From: a virus
Taxonomy: Duplodnaviria > Caudoviricetes
DNA: 56,698 bases
Virus record (IMG/VR): IMGVR_UViG_3300021356_000020
Span: 1 to 56,698 of that record
Strand: one strand, 5' to 3'
Program-made: the position numbers and the translations under genes
The notes under the pieces: model-generated
What the model was told of the DNA's origin: nothing
Database searches by the model: none
What the model saw: only the letters and a program-made list of their open reading frames with translations
In this document: positions 19,285-28,746 of the stretch, in pieces
Position numbering within the stretch: position 1 is the first letter of the stretch
Layout: the number at the start of each line of letters is the position of its first letter

Positions 19285-20815
19285 TTATGATGATGAGAAA
19301 ACTTGGAATCTTTTTAAAGAGGGTAGAACTAAGGGTATCTTTCAATTAGAAAGCAATCTTGGTCGCGCTTGGTCGAAAAGACTTCAACCAACTAATATTG
19401 AAGAACTATCTGCTCTTATTGCGTTGATTAGACCGGGATCGCTAAAAGCTATTAGCGATGGCAAGTCTATGACTCAGCACTATGTTGATAGAAAGAGTGG
19501 TCTTGATATAATTAAATATCTTCACATATCCTTGACAGATATCTTGGAGACAACCAAAGGTGTTTTGATTTACCAAGAACAGTCTATGCGTATTGCTCAG
19601 GATCTTGCTGGTTTCAATCTTAAAGAAGCGGATGTTCTTCGTAAAGCTATTGGTAAGAAAAAAGCAGATCTTATGGCAAAGGTTAAGAAAGACTTTCTTA
19701 TTGGCTGTGAAAAGGTCGGCAAGGTTGAGAAAGAAACAGCAGAAGAAATCTTTGGGTGGATCGAGAAGTCATCTCGTTATTCATTTAATAAATCTCATGC
19801 TGTATGCTATGCTATTAACTCTTACAAGAGCGCTTGGTATAAAGCAAATCATACTAAAGAATTCTTCTTGTCGTACCTAACGTATGCGAATGAAAAGCAA
19901 GATCCGCACCAAGAAGTTTACGAGTTAGTATCAGAGGCAAAGCTATTTGATATCGAGGTTAAACTTCCAAATCTAAATAAATGGAAAGAGAACTTCTTTA
20001 TTGAAAAGAGCAAGATCTACTTCGGTATTAAAGATATTAAATCTCTTACCGGTGTAAATGGCGATAAGGTTATAAAAGCAATCAGCGATGCTCCAGCCGT
20101 AAAAAACTGGATGGATATTTTGATTAACTTATCTCCAAATATGAACTCAACCGGGTTTAAAGCTCTTTGTTCTATTGGCTTTTTCTCAACGAGGAAAACA
20201 AATGTAACTAGAAATAAGGCTTTATATGAATATATGATTTTTAAGAACCTAACAAAAGCAGAATTAAAATGGGTTACTGAAAATTATAAGTCAAAGAAAT
20301 GGCAGACTCTTACGGAATGTTTTACAGATTTAGCGCCAACGAAGAAAGAGGGTGGCGGTACAAGTAAAGTAGACCGCAAACAAGTTATTGAAAATGAGAT
20401 TCATTTTTTAGAGAATCCTCCATACGACCTCTCTGACGATCCAGAGTGGATCATTGAACAGGAGAAAAAGTATCTTGGTTGTCCCGTGTCCCTATCTAGA
20501 GTAGAGTCGTCTGATACTTCTCATTCTAATACAACTTGTAAAGAAATTCTAGATGGTAAACATGGTAAAGATATTTGCATTGTAGCAAATGTCAGCAGGA
20601 TGCAAAAGCATAAATGCAAGAAAGGAAAGAGTGCTGGTAAGGAGATGTGCTTCTTAACACTGGAAGATGAAACATGCTCTATTGATAATGTTGTTGTATT
20701 TCCAGAGGCGACCGAGAAAAGTAAATATATATTAGACGAAGGTCTAAACTTATTGTTTTGTGGAGAAGTAGAGAAGAATGGATCTTTCATTATTAATAAA
20801 ATTCATGAAATATAA
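19247..20815 (+). CDS. dnaE: DNA polymerase III alpha, C-terminal half (fingers, HhH, OB fold; start probably ATG 19265)
   Basis: GIFQLES, LIRPG, LIYQEQ, LRKAIGKKK, YSFNKSHA, MCFLTLED. Confidence 0.92.
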   Translation: MKRHLRMETPIFNYDDEKTWNLFKEGRTKGIFQLESNLGRAWSKRLQPTNIEELSALIALIRPGSLKAISDGKSMTQHYVDRKSGLDIIKYLHISLTDILETTKGVLIYQEQSMRIAQDLAGFNLKEADVLRKAIGKKKADLMAKVKKDFLIGCEKVGKVEKETAEEIFGWIEKSSRYSFNKSHAVCYAINSYKSAWYKANHTKEFFLSYLTYANEKQDPHQEVYELVSEAKLFDIEVKLPNLNKWKENFFIEKSKIYFGIKDIKSLTGVNGDKVIKAISDAPAVKNWMDILINLSPNMNSTGFKALCSIGFFSTRKTNVTRNKALYEYMIFKNLTKAELKWVTENYKSKKWQTLTECFTDLAPTKKEGGGTSKVDRKQVIENEIHFLENPPYDLSDDPEWIIEQEKKYLGCPVSLSRVESSDTSHSNTTCKEILDGKHGKDICIVANVSRMQKHKCKKGKSAGKEMCFLTLEDETCSIDNVVVFPEATEKSKYILDEGLNLLFCGEVEKNGSFIINKIHEI

Positions 20816-20844
20816 TTGACTTTCTTTGTTGTCTCAGCTATAAT
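20816..20844 (+). promoter_or_regulatory. near-consensus sigma70 promoter driving RNA array A
   Basis: TTGACT (20816-21), 17-nt spacer, TATAAT (20839-44); predicted +1 near 20850-20851, the first base of unit A1. Confidence 0.8.
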
Positions 20845-20849
20845 AAGTA

Positions 20850-21068
20850 AACGATGCTTTTGTGGTTTGGTGGAACGTAACGGGCCGTAGTTACCGTAAA
20901 AACTACATACTTTTAAATCGGCAACCCTGCTTTTACAGCTTGGCAGAACGTAACGAGCCGTAGTTAACGTAAAAGTTGTAAACACTTAAATCGGCAACCA
21001 AGGTTTTATGACTCGCCAAAACGTAACGCCCTGTAGTTGCCGTAAGAGTCATAAGTTTTTAAATCAGG
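20850..21068 (+). ncRNA. array A: three tandem 73-nt structured RNA units (20850-20922, 20923-20995, 20996-21068)
   Basis: Exact 73-nt period; covarying stems and pseudoknots; G-U wobbles support the + strand. Confidence 0.8.
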
Positions 21069-21073
21069 GGATT

Positions 21074-21093
21074 AGTCGGCCTAACCGACTTTT
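21074..21093 (+). terminator. hairpin/terminator after array A
   Basis: AGTCGG-CCTAA-CCGACT followed by TTT. Confidence 0.6.
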
Positions 21094-21113
21094 ACTTGAA
21101 ATTATAAGGAGTA

Positions 21114-21437
21114 TTGATGAATAATTGTACATTTACTGGGTATCTTTTACATGACCCACAGATAGAAAGCGATGGCGATGGGCCATCTTGCTGCACTGTA
21201 AAAATGGTAACTTACGAGTATCGTAAGAACAAACGAGGCGAAAAGAAAAAAGTTCCTACAACTATTACCTTGCAAGCTTGGGCTAGCGGCGCAGAAACAA
21301 TTGCTAAACTTGGCAAAAAAGGAACTAAGATGACCGTATACGCTTCTGCTAGAAATGGCGTTATGAAAACAGACGCCACAGACGACGTTCTATTTAGAAT
21401 TAATGAATTTGACTTCGGTTGCTTAGATAAGGAATAA
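21114..21437 (+). CDS. ssb: single-stranded DNA-binding protein (OB fold, no long acidic tail)
   Basis: NNCTFTGYLLHDP...LQAWASGAETIAKLGKKG; AAGGAG RBS. Confidence 0.7.
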   Translation: MMNNCTFTGYLLHDPQIESDGDGPSCCTVKMVTYEYRKNKRGEKKKVPTTITLQAWASGAETIAKLGKKGTKMTVYASARNGVMKTDATDDVLFRINEFDFGCLDKE

Positions 21438-21438
21438 A

Positions 21439-23121
21439 ATGAGAAAGAAAAGAATTCTGTTTTGCAGTGAGGCTACCTTTCTAAACACGGGGTATGCAAC
21501 TTACACTAGAGAAATCTTAAACTACCTGCATAGCACAGGCAAGTACGAGATTGCAGAAATGGCAGCGTATGGAGAAAAAAATGATCCTCGCGCGGCAAAC
21601 ATTCCGTGGAAATATTACGGAGTATCTCCAAATCAAAATTGCGAGCCTAAAGCTTCTGAAGAAGAAATGCGGGCATATCAATCGAACCCGACAAACCAAT
21701 TTGGAGCTTGGGCATTTGAGCATGTATGTCTCGACTTCTTGCCGGATTTTGTGTGCGATATTCGTGACTTTTGGATGCTTGAATTTGCAGAACGTTCGCC
21801 ATTCAGACCTTATTTTAAATGGGTCGTAATGCCAACGGTTGATGCAAGACCTCAAGCAAGACAGTGGGTAGCAACATATGCTAGCGCTGATGCATGTTTG
21901 ACTTATTCAGATTGGGCTGGTGGCGTTTTACAAGATCAGTCTAAAGGAAAGATTAATTATCTTGGAAGTTCTCCACCTTCTGCTCATCCGGCCTACGCGC
22001 CAGTAGAAGATAGAAAAGCCCACAAGATTGCTATGGGTATCAATCCAGATTATAAGGTGATCGGAACTGTTATGCGTAACCAAAGACGTAAACTTTATCC
22101 AGACCTATTTGCGGCATTTAGAAAGTTCTTAGATAAATCCGAAAACAAGAACTATTATCTATATTGCCATACATCTTACCCAGACTTAGGCTGGGAGATA
22201 CCAGAATTATTACATGAATATAATTTATCATCTCATGTATTATTTACTTATGTTTGCCCAGAAACAAAGAAACCTTTCTGCTCAGTTTTTAAGGGTGCAA
22301 TCGCACAATCTCCTTATACTGGACGTTGGGGTTCTACTCTTTCAAATGTAAAGAATGGTCTTTCTTATGAAGATCTGGCAAAAGTTATGAATTGTTTTGA
22401 TCTTTATACTCAGTATGCAAACTGTGAAGGTTTTGGTTTGCCTCAAGTAGAAGCAGCGGCTTGTGGGGTTCCAGTCTGCGGAACTGATTACTCTGCTATG
22501 GAAAGTGTTTTAAGGAAGTTGGGTGGACACCCTATCAAGCCAGCAGCTCTCTACAAAGAATTAGAAACGGGATGTCTAAGAGCCGTGCCGGATAATGATG
22601 CCGCTTCTGAATTTTTCTTAGACTTCTTTAGTAAATCTGACGAAGAAAGAGAAGCTATCGGAAAACAGACTAGAGAAAACTTCAATAAATACTACCAGTG
22701 GGATCTTAGCGGTTCTGTTTGGGAAAAGTATTTCGACGAAACAGATCCGATTGATTTCAGAAACGGATGGGGTTCTAGACCAAGGATTATCAATCCAGCT
22801 GAGAAACCAAAAGATGTAGAAAAAACTCCTCATTCTCTCTTGACAAGTTGGTTGATTGACAATGTTTTGTGCGAACCAGATAAAAAGAATACTTTTTTAG
22901 CATCTAGGATGACAAGAGACTTGATCTATAAAACAAGCACCTCTTCGACTGGCGGCATGTACTATAACGAGTCAAGCGCTGCTTTTGACGGTATTAACCA
23001 AAGAAGCACATTTGATTTTAATATCGCATACGATCAGATGCGAGGCATGTGCGAAAGAAGGAACCAGTGGGAAAAGATGAGAGCTGAAAGAATCCAGCAG
23101 TTAATGGAGAGCCAACAATGA
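21439..23121 (+). CDS. GT-B (GT4-like) glycosyltransferase
   Basis: TGYATY, RNQRRK, EGFGLPQVEAAACG. Confidence 0.88.
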   Translation: MRKKRILFCSEATFLNTGYATYTREILNYLHSTGKYEIAEMAAYGEKNDPRAANIPWKYYGVSPNQNCEPKASEEEMRAYQSNPTNQFGAWAFEHVCLDFLPDFVCDIRDFWMLEFAERSPFRPYFKWVVMPTVDARPQARQWVATYASADACLTYSDWAGGVLQDQSKGKINYLGSSPPSAHPAYAPVEDRKAHKIAMGINPDYKVIGTVMRNQRRKLYPDLFAAFRKFLDKSENKNYYLYCHTSYPDLGWEIPELLHEYNLSSHVLFTYVCPETKKPFCSVFKGAIAQSPYTGRWGSTLSNVKNGLSYEDLAKVMNCFDLYTQYANCEGFGLPQVEAAACGVPVCGTDYSAMESVLRKLGGHPIKPAALYKELETGCLRAVPDNDAASEFFLDFFSKSDEEREAIGKQTRENFNKYYQWDLSGSVWEKYFDETDPIDFRNGWGSRPRIINPAEKPKDVEKTPHSLLTSWLIDNVLCEPDKKNTFLASRMTRDLIYKTSTSSTGGMYYNESSAAFDGINQRSTFDFNIAYDQMRGMCERRNQWEKMRAERIQQLMESQQ

Positions 23122-23849
23122 AAAGAGCTATAGCTATTTTAACAAGAGGTTACGACGAAATAGAAAGATATAAAGCTCTTTTAAATAGAAATCAAACCAT
23201 TGAAGAAAACGTAAATGAAAGTTATGATTATCTTATATTCCATGAAGGCAACATAACAAAAGACCAACAAAAGTATATTCAATCTAATACCAACTTACCT
23301 TTAGAATTTATTGAAATTCCAAGGTTCTTGGCGAGAGATCATGCTATTTTTCAGCCCACAGCACCTTGGGGTTGGAATTACCGGCATATGTGTAACTTTT
23401 GGTTTTCTGGATTTCTAGATTACGTCAAAGATTATGATCAGCTTCTTAGAATTGACGAAGACTGTACAATCTACTCTAATCTTGATCAAGTATTTGATAG
23501 TTTAGATAACAAAGTTTGTTCATATGCACGATGGGTTGACGACGACTGGTTCAATGTTTTTGGTCTTGATGAATTTTGTAAAAGGTTCTCAGATAAACCG
23601 AGAAAAGAAATTGGCGGCCCTTATACAAATCTAGTGGCTTGGGACTTAAATAAAGTTAGAGAAAGTACGATAGTAAATGATTTTATTCAAGCTGTAAACG
23701 AAAGTAACGGTATTTATGTTTACCGATGGGGAGATCATATGCTATGGGGAGAAGCGCTGCATTACGGATTTGAAGAATCTGATCACGTATTACTAAAAAC
23801 CGTTAAATACTACCACGCTAGCTGCCTAGCTAAAGTAAACTATGAATAG
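23118..23849 (+). CDS. GT15 (Kre2/Mnt1)-like alpha-mannosyltransferase
   Basis: YRHMCNFWFSG, LRIDED, YVYRWGDH resemble GT15 motifs. Confidence 0.6.
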   Translation: MKRAIAILTRGYDEIERYKALLNRNQTIEENVNESYDYLIFHEGNITKDQQKYIQSNTNLPLEFIEIPRFLARDHAIFQPTAPWGWNYRHMCNFWFSGFLDYVKDYDQLLRIDEDCTIYSNLDQVFDSLDNKVCSYARWVDDDWFNVFGLDEFCKRFSDKPRKEIGGPYTNLVAWDLNKVRESTIVNDFIQAVNESNGIYVYRWGDHMLWGEALHYGFEESDHVLLKTVKYYHASCLAKVNYE

Positions 23850-24996
23850 GAATAAAATGAAAGTATTATATATAGGACATTACAAGGAGTTTGGCGGCTG
23901 GTCACAGGCCGCTACAGACTATATCCTAGCTTTGGATAAGATTGGTGTTGATGTCGTTTGTAGAAATGTAACATTGACACAAGATAGATCTGACGTTGAG
24001 CCAAGACTCTTAGAACTTGAGCTAAAAGATACATCTGACTGCGATGTTTGTATTCAACACGTATTGCCCCATCACTTGATTGGAACGACCAACTTTAGAA
24101 AGAATATTGCTTTCTTAGCGTCGGAATCAACCAGTATTCAGCATTTGACATGGCTAGACCATCTAAAACAAATGGATGAAATATGGGTTCCAAATAGTCA
24201 ATCTAAAGAATTCTTGGAGAAAGATGGTGTTGGTATCCCAGTAAGTGTTGTGCCTCATACAACCAATATAAACAAGTACAAGAAGCAATTTAGAGAAATC
24301 AACATTGAGCAAGCTAGAGATAAGTTTAAATTCTATTACATTGGCGATTTTAATGATAGAAAAAATTTAGAATCAGTAATTACATGTTTCCACTCCGAGT
24401 TTGATAAAACTGACAGCGCGGTACTTGTCTTAAAGTTGAATAAGTTTGGAAAATCTCCACAAGAGATTACACAAACAATGGATGGATTAATAACAGAAAT
24501 TAAAACCAAGCTAAGAATTCACGAGAACCCACAAAGCTATTTAAAGGACATCATTATATCCGAGAAAATATCTAATGATGATATATTAGCACTACATAAT
24601 TATTGTGATTGCTTTATTTGTCCGTCTCATGGAGAGGCTTGGTCTATTCCTTCCTTTGACGCTATGGCTTTTGGCAACACGCCAATCTGTAGTAACTTTG
24701 GCGGACCAAAAGAGTTTATAAACAAAGCGGATTGGAGAACTGGACATTTAATCAATGGAGTTTACTCTTGTTGCAAGTGTTCAGACGCTGCGTTTCCAGA
24801 CTTGTTTACAGCGAAAGAATACTGGTTCCAGCCTTGCGAAATGCAAATCAAAGAAAGCATGAGAAAAGCATACGAATCTTGGAAAAAGAATCCAATTATG
24901 TACACCAATAGAAACCGTTCAGCTGGACTAAAACAAGCTGAGAAATTTTCTTACGACACAATTGGAAAACTAATGAAGGAGTTGATTAGTGAGTAG
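23842..24996 (+). CDS. GT4-like glycosyltransferase
   Basis: DEIWVPN, RKNL, SHGEAWSIPSFDAMAFG. Confidence 0.85.
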   Translation: MNRNKMKVLYIGHYKEFGGWSQAATDYILALDKIGVDVVCRNVTLTQDRSDVEPRLLELELKDTSDCDVCIQHVLPHHLIGTTNFRKNIAFLASESTSIQHLTWLDHLKQMDEIWVPNSQSKEFLEKDGVGIPVSVVPHTTNINKYKKQFREINIEQARDKFKFYYIGDFNDRKNLESVITCFHSEFDKTDSAVLVLKLNKFGKSPQEITQTMDGLITEIKTKLRIHENPQSYLKDIIISEKISNDDILALHNYCDCFICPSHGEAWSIPSFDAMAFGNTPICSNFGGPKEFINKADWRTGHLINGVYSCCKCSDAAFPDLFTAKEYWFQPCEMQIKESMRKAYESWKKNPIMYTNRNRSAGLKQAEKFSYDTIGKLMKELISE

Positions 24997-25975
24997 ACGA
25001 ACAAAAAGTATAATCTTGGATTCTATCTTACAAAAAGATAAGTATAATATCCTAACTTTTGATACACATGAGAGATACCAGACTCAGCTTGCAAAAACTG
25101 GTCACAATTTTTACTCCATTTCGTATCAGGGTGCTAAAGAGTGGGATTCTAGTTTTGCTAATAAGCCAAGCAATTACTACACTCTTCCGAAATCTGATTA
25201 CTTGCCAAGTATAGATTTTGACTTTATATTATCCCAAAGTAAGTTTGGTCAGTTTCAATTTTCTTCTCAGCTTAAAAGACAGCTAGGTGTTCCAGTGTTA
25301 TCGCTAGAACACACCCTGCCAATAGAAAGCTGGCCGGAACAGCAACTTCAAGCATTTAAGATGATGACCGGAGATGTAAACGTATTCATTTCAGAATATT
25401 CGGCTGGCGAATGGGCTATGAATTGCGACAACCTAATTGTCCATCATTCTGTTGACACAGAGCTTTTTTGTCCAGCAAGTGTTGAAAAAGATGGAAAGAT
25501 CCTTAGCGTAGCTAATGACTTTGAAAAGAGAGACTATTGTCTAAATTTTTCAGGTTGGAAAAGAATTACAGAGGGTATGCCGGTAAAGTTAGTCGGTGAC
25601 AATCCGGGTCTATCCAACCCAGCGAACGGCGTTGAGGACTTGGTTGAGAAGTATCAATCAGCTTCTATTTTTCTAAATACCTCTACTATTAGTCCGATAC
25701 CGACATCGTTGCTAGAGGCTATGTCATGTGGATGTCCAGTCGTTTCTACGGCAACGTGCATGATACCAGAAATTATTACAAACGGCGAGAATGGATTCAT
25801 ATCAAACGACGAAGAAGAACTAAAAGGTTACATCAAACAGTTGCTTGATGATCCATCGTTGGCAGCAAAGATGGGAGACGCTGCTAGAAAAACAGTAATC
25901 GAGAAATTCTCAGAAGAAAAATTCATTAATAACTGGAACGAAATATTTGACTTAACATACAGGATGAAGAAATGA
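24989..25975 (+). CDS. GT4-like glycosyltransferase
   Basis: VDTELF, LLEAMSCGCPVV, NGENGF. Confidence 0.85.
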   Translation: MSRRTKSIILDSILQKDKYNILTFDTHERYQTQLAKTGHNFYSISYQGAKEWDSSFANKPSNYYTLPKSDYLPSIDFDFILSQSKFGQFQFSSQLKRQLGVPVLSLEHTLPIESWPEQQLQAFKMMTGDVNVFISEYSAGEWAMNCDNLIVHHSVDTELFCPASVEKDGKILSVANDFEKRDYCLNFSGWKRITEGMPVKLVGDNPGLSNPANGVEDLVEKYQSASIFLNTSTISPIPTSLLEAMSCGCPVVSTATCMIPEIITNGENGFISNDEEELKGYIKQLLDDPSLAAKMGDAARKTVIEKFSEEKFINNWNEIFDLTYRMKK

Positions 25976-26388
25976 AATTACAAATAACTACAAATCAAAA
26001 AGACGAGATTCAAGGTTTTAATAGTTTTTCTCTATCTGACCTACATAGGGTGGACAGCGAAGTAACAGACAATGAGTGTGAAAACATTTTTATTAGTAAT
26101 AATGTTCTTAATTCAATTCCACCTCCTCAGATAGAGCCGTTCTTTAGATTGATTCAAACTAAACTTAGGATCGGAGGTACGGTAACTCTGAGTGCCATTG
26201 AGCCAATGGTAATGTCAAAGATGCTGGTAAACAACTCCTTAGACGAAATGCAGTTTAGCAATATTGTAGCCTCTGCAAACTCTATGCTACCGCTTGGCGC
26301 AGTAAAGAACATCTTGGGGTCAATGAATTTACAAGTTTTAACAACTTCTATCAACGGGATAAGCTATGAAATCACAGCAAGAAGATAA
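25972..26388 (+). CDS. hypothetical protein, possibly degenerate methyltransferase fold
   Basis: KLRIGGTVTL resembles the class I MTase L.PGG motif; no glycine-rich SAM loop. Confidence 0.45.
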   Translation: MKLQITTNQKDEIQGFNSFSLSDLHRVDSEVTDNECENIFISNNVLNSIPPPQIEPFFRLIQTKLRIGGTVTLSAIEPMVMSKMLVNNSLDEMQFSNIVASANSMLPLGAVKNILGSMNLQVLTTSINGISYEITARR

Positions 26389-27112
26389 ACAAAGACAGAA
26401 AATAACGCTATGCTCTTCTTGCGCTTTTTACTCTGACGATTGCAAGTTTGGTAGACTGCAAAGATATAAAAATCTAAATAAAGTTCTCCCAAATTACGAA
26501 GAAGCTCCAGTTATTAACGAGCTATGTAATCTATGTAGAACAGCAGATTGGGCTGAATCTAAAGAAAACCCAATGGAAGAAGCCAGAAAGAGTGTTATGC
26601 CGTCGTTTGGTATAGCCGTTTTAGACATGGATAACGAAGGCTTAGAAAGCATTGTGTCAACATTGATGGATATAGATTATCCAGAAAACTTGATCAGGAT
26701 CATTTTCTATACCAATAACTCTAATATGCAAGAAAAGATTCCTTTGTTGCATAAGCTACAAACTAAATTTAAAAATTCTAAGATTTGTTTCGAGCTACAA
26801 GAGAGAGAAAAAGAAGAAATAGATTCAGAAGTATTCCAATACTTAGTAAATTCTGATTACTTTGTTAAGGTGTATCCATACTCAAATATATACAGTGATA
26901 TGTTCTTAATGATAGATGATATGCTTAACGAAAAACTAAGCGCATATGCCTGCTATGAGTTTGACCACAAAAACAAGAAATCTGGATCAATCATTCAGAA
27001 AAATATTGTCAGAAAGATATATCTTCAGTATCATGATTATGACAAGATGCAAGAAGATCTTTTCACTCAATCTAAACACTCTAAACTTTTTTGTAGAATA
27101 GATGAAAAATAA
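26366..27112 (+). CDS. hypothetical protein, Cys-rich N-terminus plus degenerate GT2-like region
   Basis: CSSC..C..LCNLCR; STLMDIDYPENLIRII. Confidence 0.5.
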   Translation: MKSQQEDKQRQKITLCSSCAFYSDDCKFGRLQRYKNLNKVLPNYEEAPVINELCNLCRTADWAESKENPMEEARKSVMPSFGIAVLDMDNEGLESIVSTLMDIDYPENLIRIIFYTNNSNMQEKIPLLHKLQTKFKNSKICFELQEREKEEIDSEVFQYLVNSDYFVKVYPYSNIYSDMFLMIDDMLNEKLSAYACYEFDHKNKKSGSIIQKNIVRKIYLQYHDYDKMQEDLFTQSKHSKLFCRIDEK

Positions 27113-27869
27113 AAAATGTATCATAAAACCAAAAACAAATGAAAGAAAAGAGTTTTATACTCCTGAGTTTGTTACAATCATTCTGCTTTCAGAAAGTCAT
27201 GGATATAGAATGAAATCATACGGATCTATACCACTGGTAAAGATTCTAGACAAAACTTTAATACAGAAGCAAATAGAAGTTATTAAATCGTTTTTCCCAA
27301 ATTACGAAATTATTCTATGCTCTGGATTTGACGTAAAAAAAACAGTAGAATATGTAAAAGAAAACTTTCCGTCAGAGAATATTAGGGTCGTAGAAAATCA
27401 AGTTCATTTGAATTCTAATTGTTGCGAAAGTACAAGACTTTGCCTTAACAATACCACTAATCATAGAGTATTAATTTGCTCTGGTGGTATTCTCTTAACA
27501 GCCGACATGCTTTCTCAGATAAATTATAGAGCAGATTGCGTGTTGGTACAAGACGACAACCCGATGAAGAATTTTGAAGTTTCCGCTATGGAAAATGATT
27601 TTAATCTTCAGAATTTGTGTTTAGGTGAAAAGATAAATTTTTGGACAGAATGTTTATATCTGTCAAACGGCTCCTCTGTAAAAAAAATGTATGATATTAT
27701 CTCTAATCCAGATTTTAAAAACAAATTTATATTTGAGGCGATAAATGATCTAAGTAGGACCAATAGAATCAAAGTTGTAAAAAACACTTTGTCTCCGATA
27801 ACAAAGATAGATAACATAAAAACTTTAAAGGATATATCTTCTAATGAAAGTATTAATTCAAGACTATAG
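27102..27869 (+). CDS. sugar-phosphate nucleotidyltransferase-like protein
   Basis: IILLSESHGYRMKSYGSIPLVKILDKTLI resembles the ILAAG.G.R...PK.L signature, with substitutions. Confidence 0.6.
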   Translation: MKNKKCIIKPKTNERKEFYTPEFVTIILLSESHGYRMKSYGSIPLVKILDKTLIQKQIEVIKSFFPNYEIILCSGFDVKKTVEYVKENFPSENIRVVENQVHLNSNCCESTRLCLNNTTNHRVLICSGGILLTADMLSQINYRADCVLVQDDNPMKNFEVSAMENDFNLQNLCLGEKINFWTECLYLSNGSSVKKMYDIISNPDFKNKFIFEAINDLSRTNRIKVVKNTLSPITKIDNIKTLKDISSNESINSRL

Positions 27870-28746
27870 AGACAATAACAGCTCACGTTTTCAATACCTT
27901 CCCGGTATGCTAAGTATGATTGACGGCGTTGAAATATATAAGTGGGAAAGAAAAAATCTTTCAAAAGTATATGATACTTTTGACAGTATCAAGCCAGATT
28001 TAGTGATCATGCACTATCAATCTCTCAATCAGGACATTGTTAAGTATTTGAAGTCTTCAACAAATATTAGAATTGTTTTTGATGTAACAGATATTACTGA
28101 AACAAATATTAAAGAGCTAGAAGAAATTGTTAGCTCTAACAATATTAACTGTCCACTGGTTATCACTGAGCGTGGACCACAAAGCACAGTTTTAAAAACA
28201 TTAGTTGTACCTCCATGCGCAGATATCGTTACCCCGTCACCACTAGCTCCAACCTACGAGATAGAGACATTATTTGTATCCGAGACGGAGGACTATGATA
28301 AATCTTTATTGACAGCTTACGAAAGCTACCACACCTGCCTCGTTCCAACTGAAACTGTCATCCCTTTAGAACAGCCAGACTTTGTTCCAAACAATGGATT
28401 TGATTTCCTGTTAAATGTCAGTCACTTAAACCCGCTGTACAAAAATTACAAACAGGTTGTCATCCACGGCAGTCTAGAATACTGCACTTCGCAAATATTT
28501 TTTGAAGCGCTGATCCGGGCAAATAAAGTAATACTAAAGTATCCAGAATCAGAAAGAGACAACTTTTTAACATTCCTTGGTAAAACTTTTTCTGAGTCAG
28601 ATAAAGATCCAACAGAGGAACAAATCAAAGAGCAGATTAAAGCGAAGCATACATGCGTGTCTAGGTCTTTGGAGCTGTTGGTTGCTTTAGGTATGCAGCA
28701 AGAAGCGCAAATCTTGGTAAATAAAGTGGGAGCGGCGTCTGCATGA
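27844..28746 (+). CDS. hypothetical protein (GT-B-like N-terminus)
   Basis: MKVLIQ...IKPDLVI; located in the glycan island. Confidence 0.5.
   Translation: MKVLIQDYRDNNSSRFQYLPGMLSMIDGVEIYKWERKNLSKVYDTFDSIKPDLVIMHYQSLNQDIVKYLKSSTNIRIVFDVTDITETNIKELEEIVSSNNINCPLVITERGPQSTVLKTLVVPPCADIVTPSPLAPTYEIETLFVSETEDYDKSLLTAYESYHTCLVPTETVIPLEQPDFVPNNGFDFLLNVSHLNPLYKNYKQVVIHGSLEYCTSQIFFEALIRANKVILKYPESERDNFLTFLGKTFSESDKDPTEEQIKEQIKAKHTCVSRSLELLVALGMQQEAQILVNKVGAASA

Noticed and set aside
18560-19320. Split intein in DnaE
   Set aside because: No Cys/Ser-initiated N-intein after the N-half and no His-Asn-Cys junction before the C-half.
20887-20890. REP-like elements suggested by the invariant GTAG in every unit
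   Set aside because: The GTAG lies inside the stem-loop with both G residues paired, rather than 5' of a palindrome; no RAYT gene is seen.
20803-20985. 60-aa minus-strand ORF over array A
   Set aside because: Antisense to a promoter-driven structured repeat, with no RBS or protein-like features.
20850-21068. Known ribozyme or riboswitch (hammerhead, twister, pistol, HDV-like; SAM-II-like GCCGATTTAA on the minus strand)
   Set aside because: Catalytic consensus and topology do not match by eye, and on the minus strand the G-U pairs become A-C mismatches. A cmscan is still needed.
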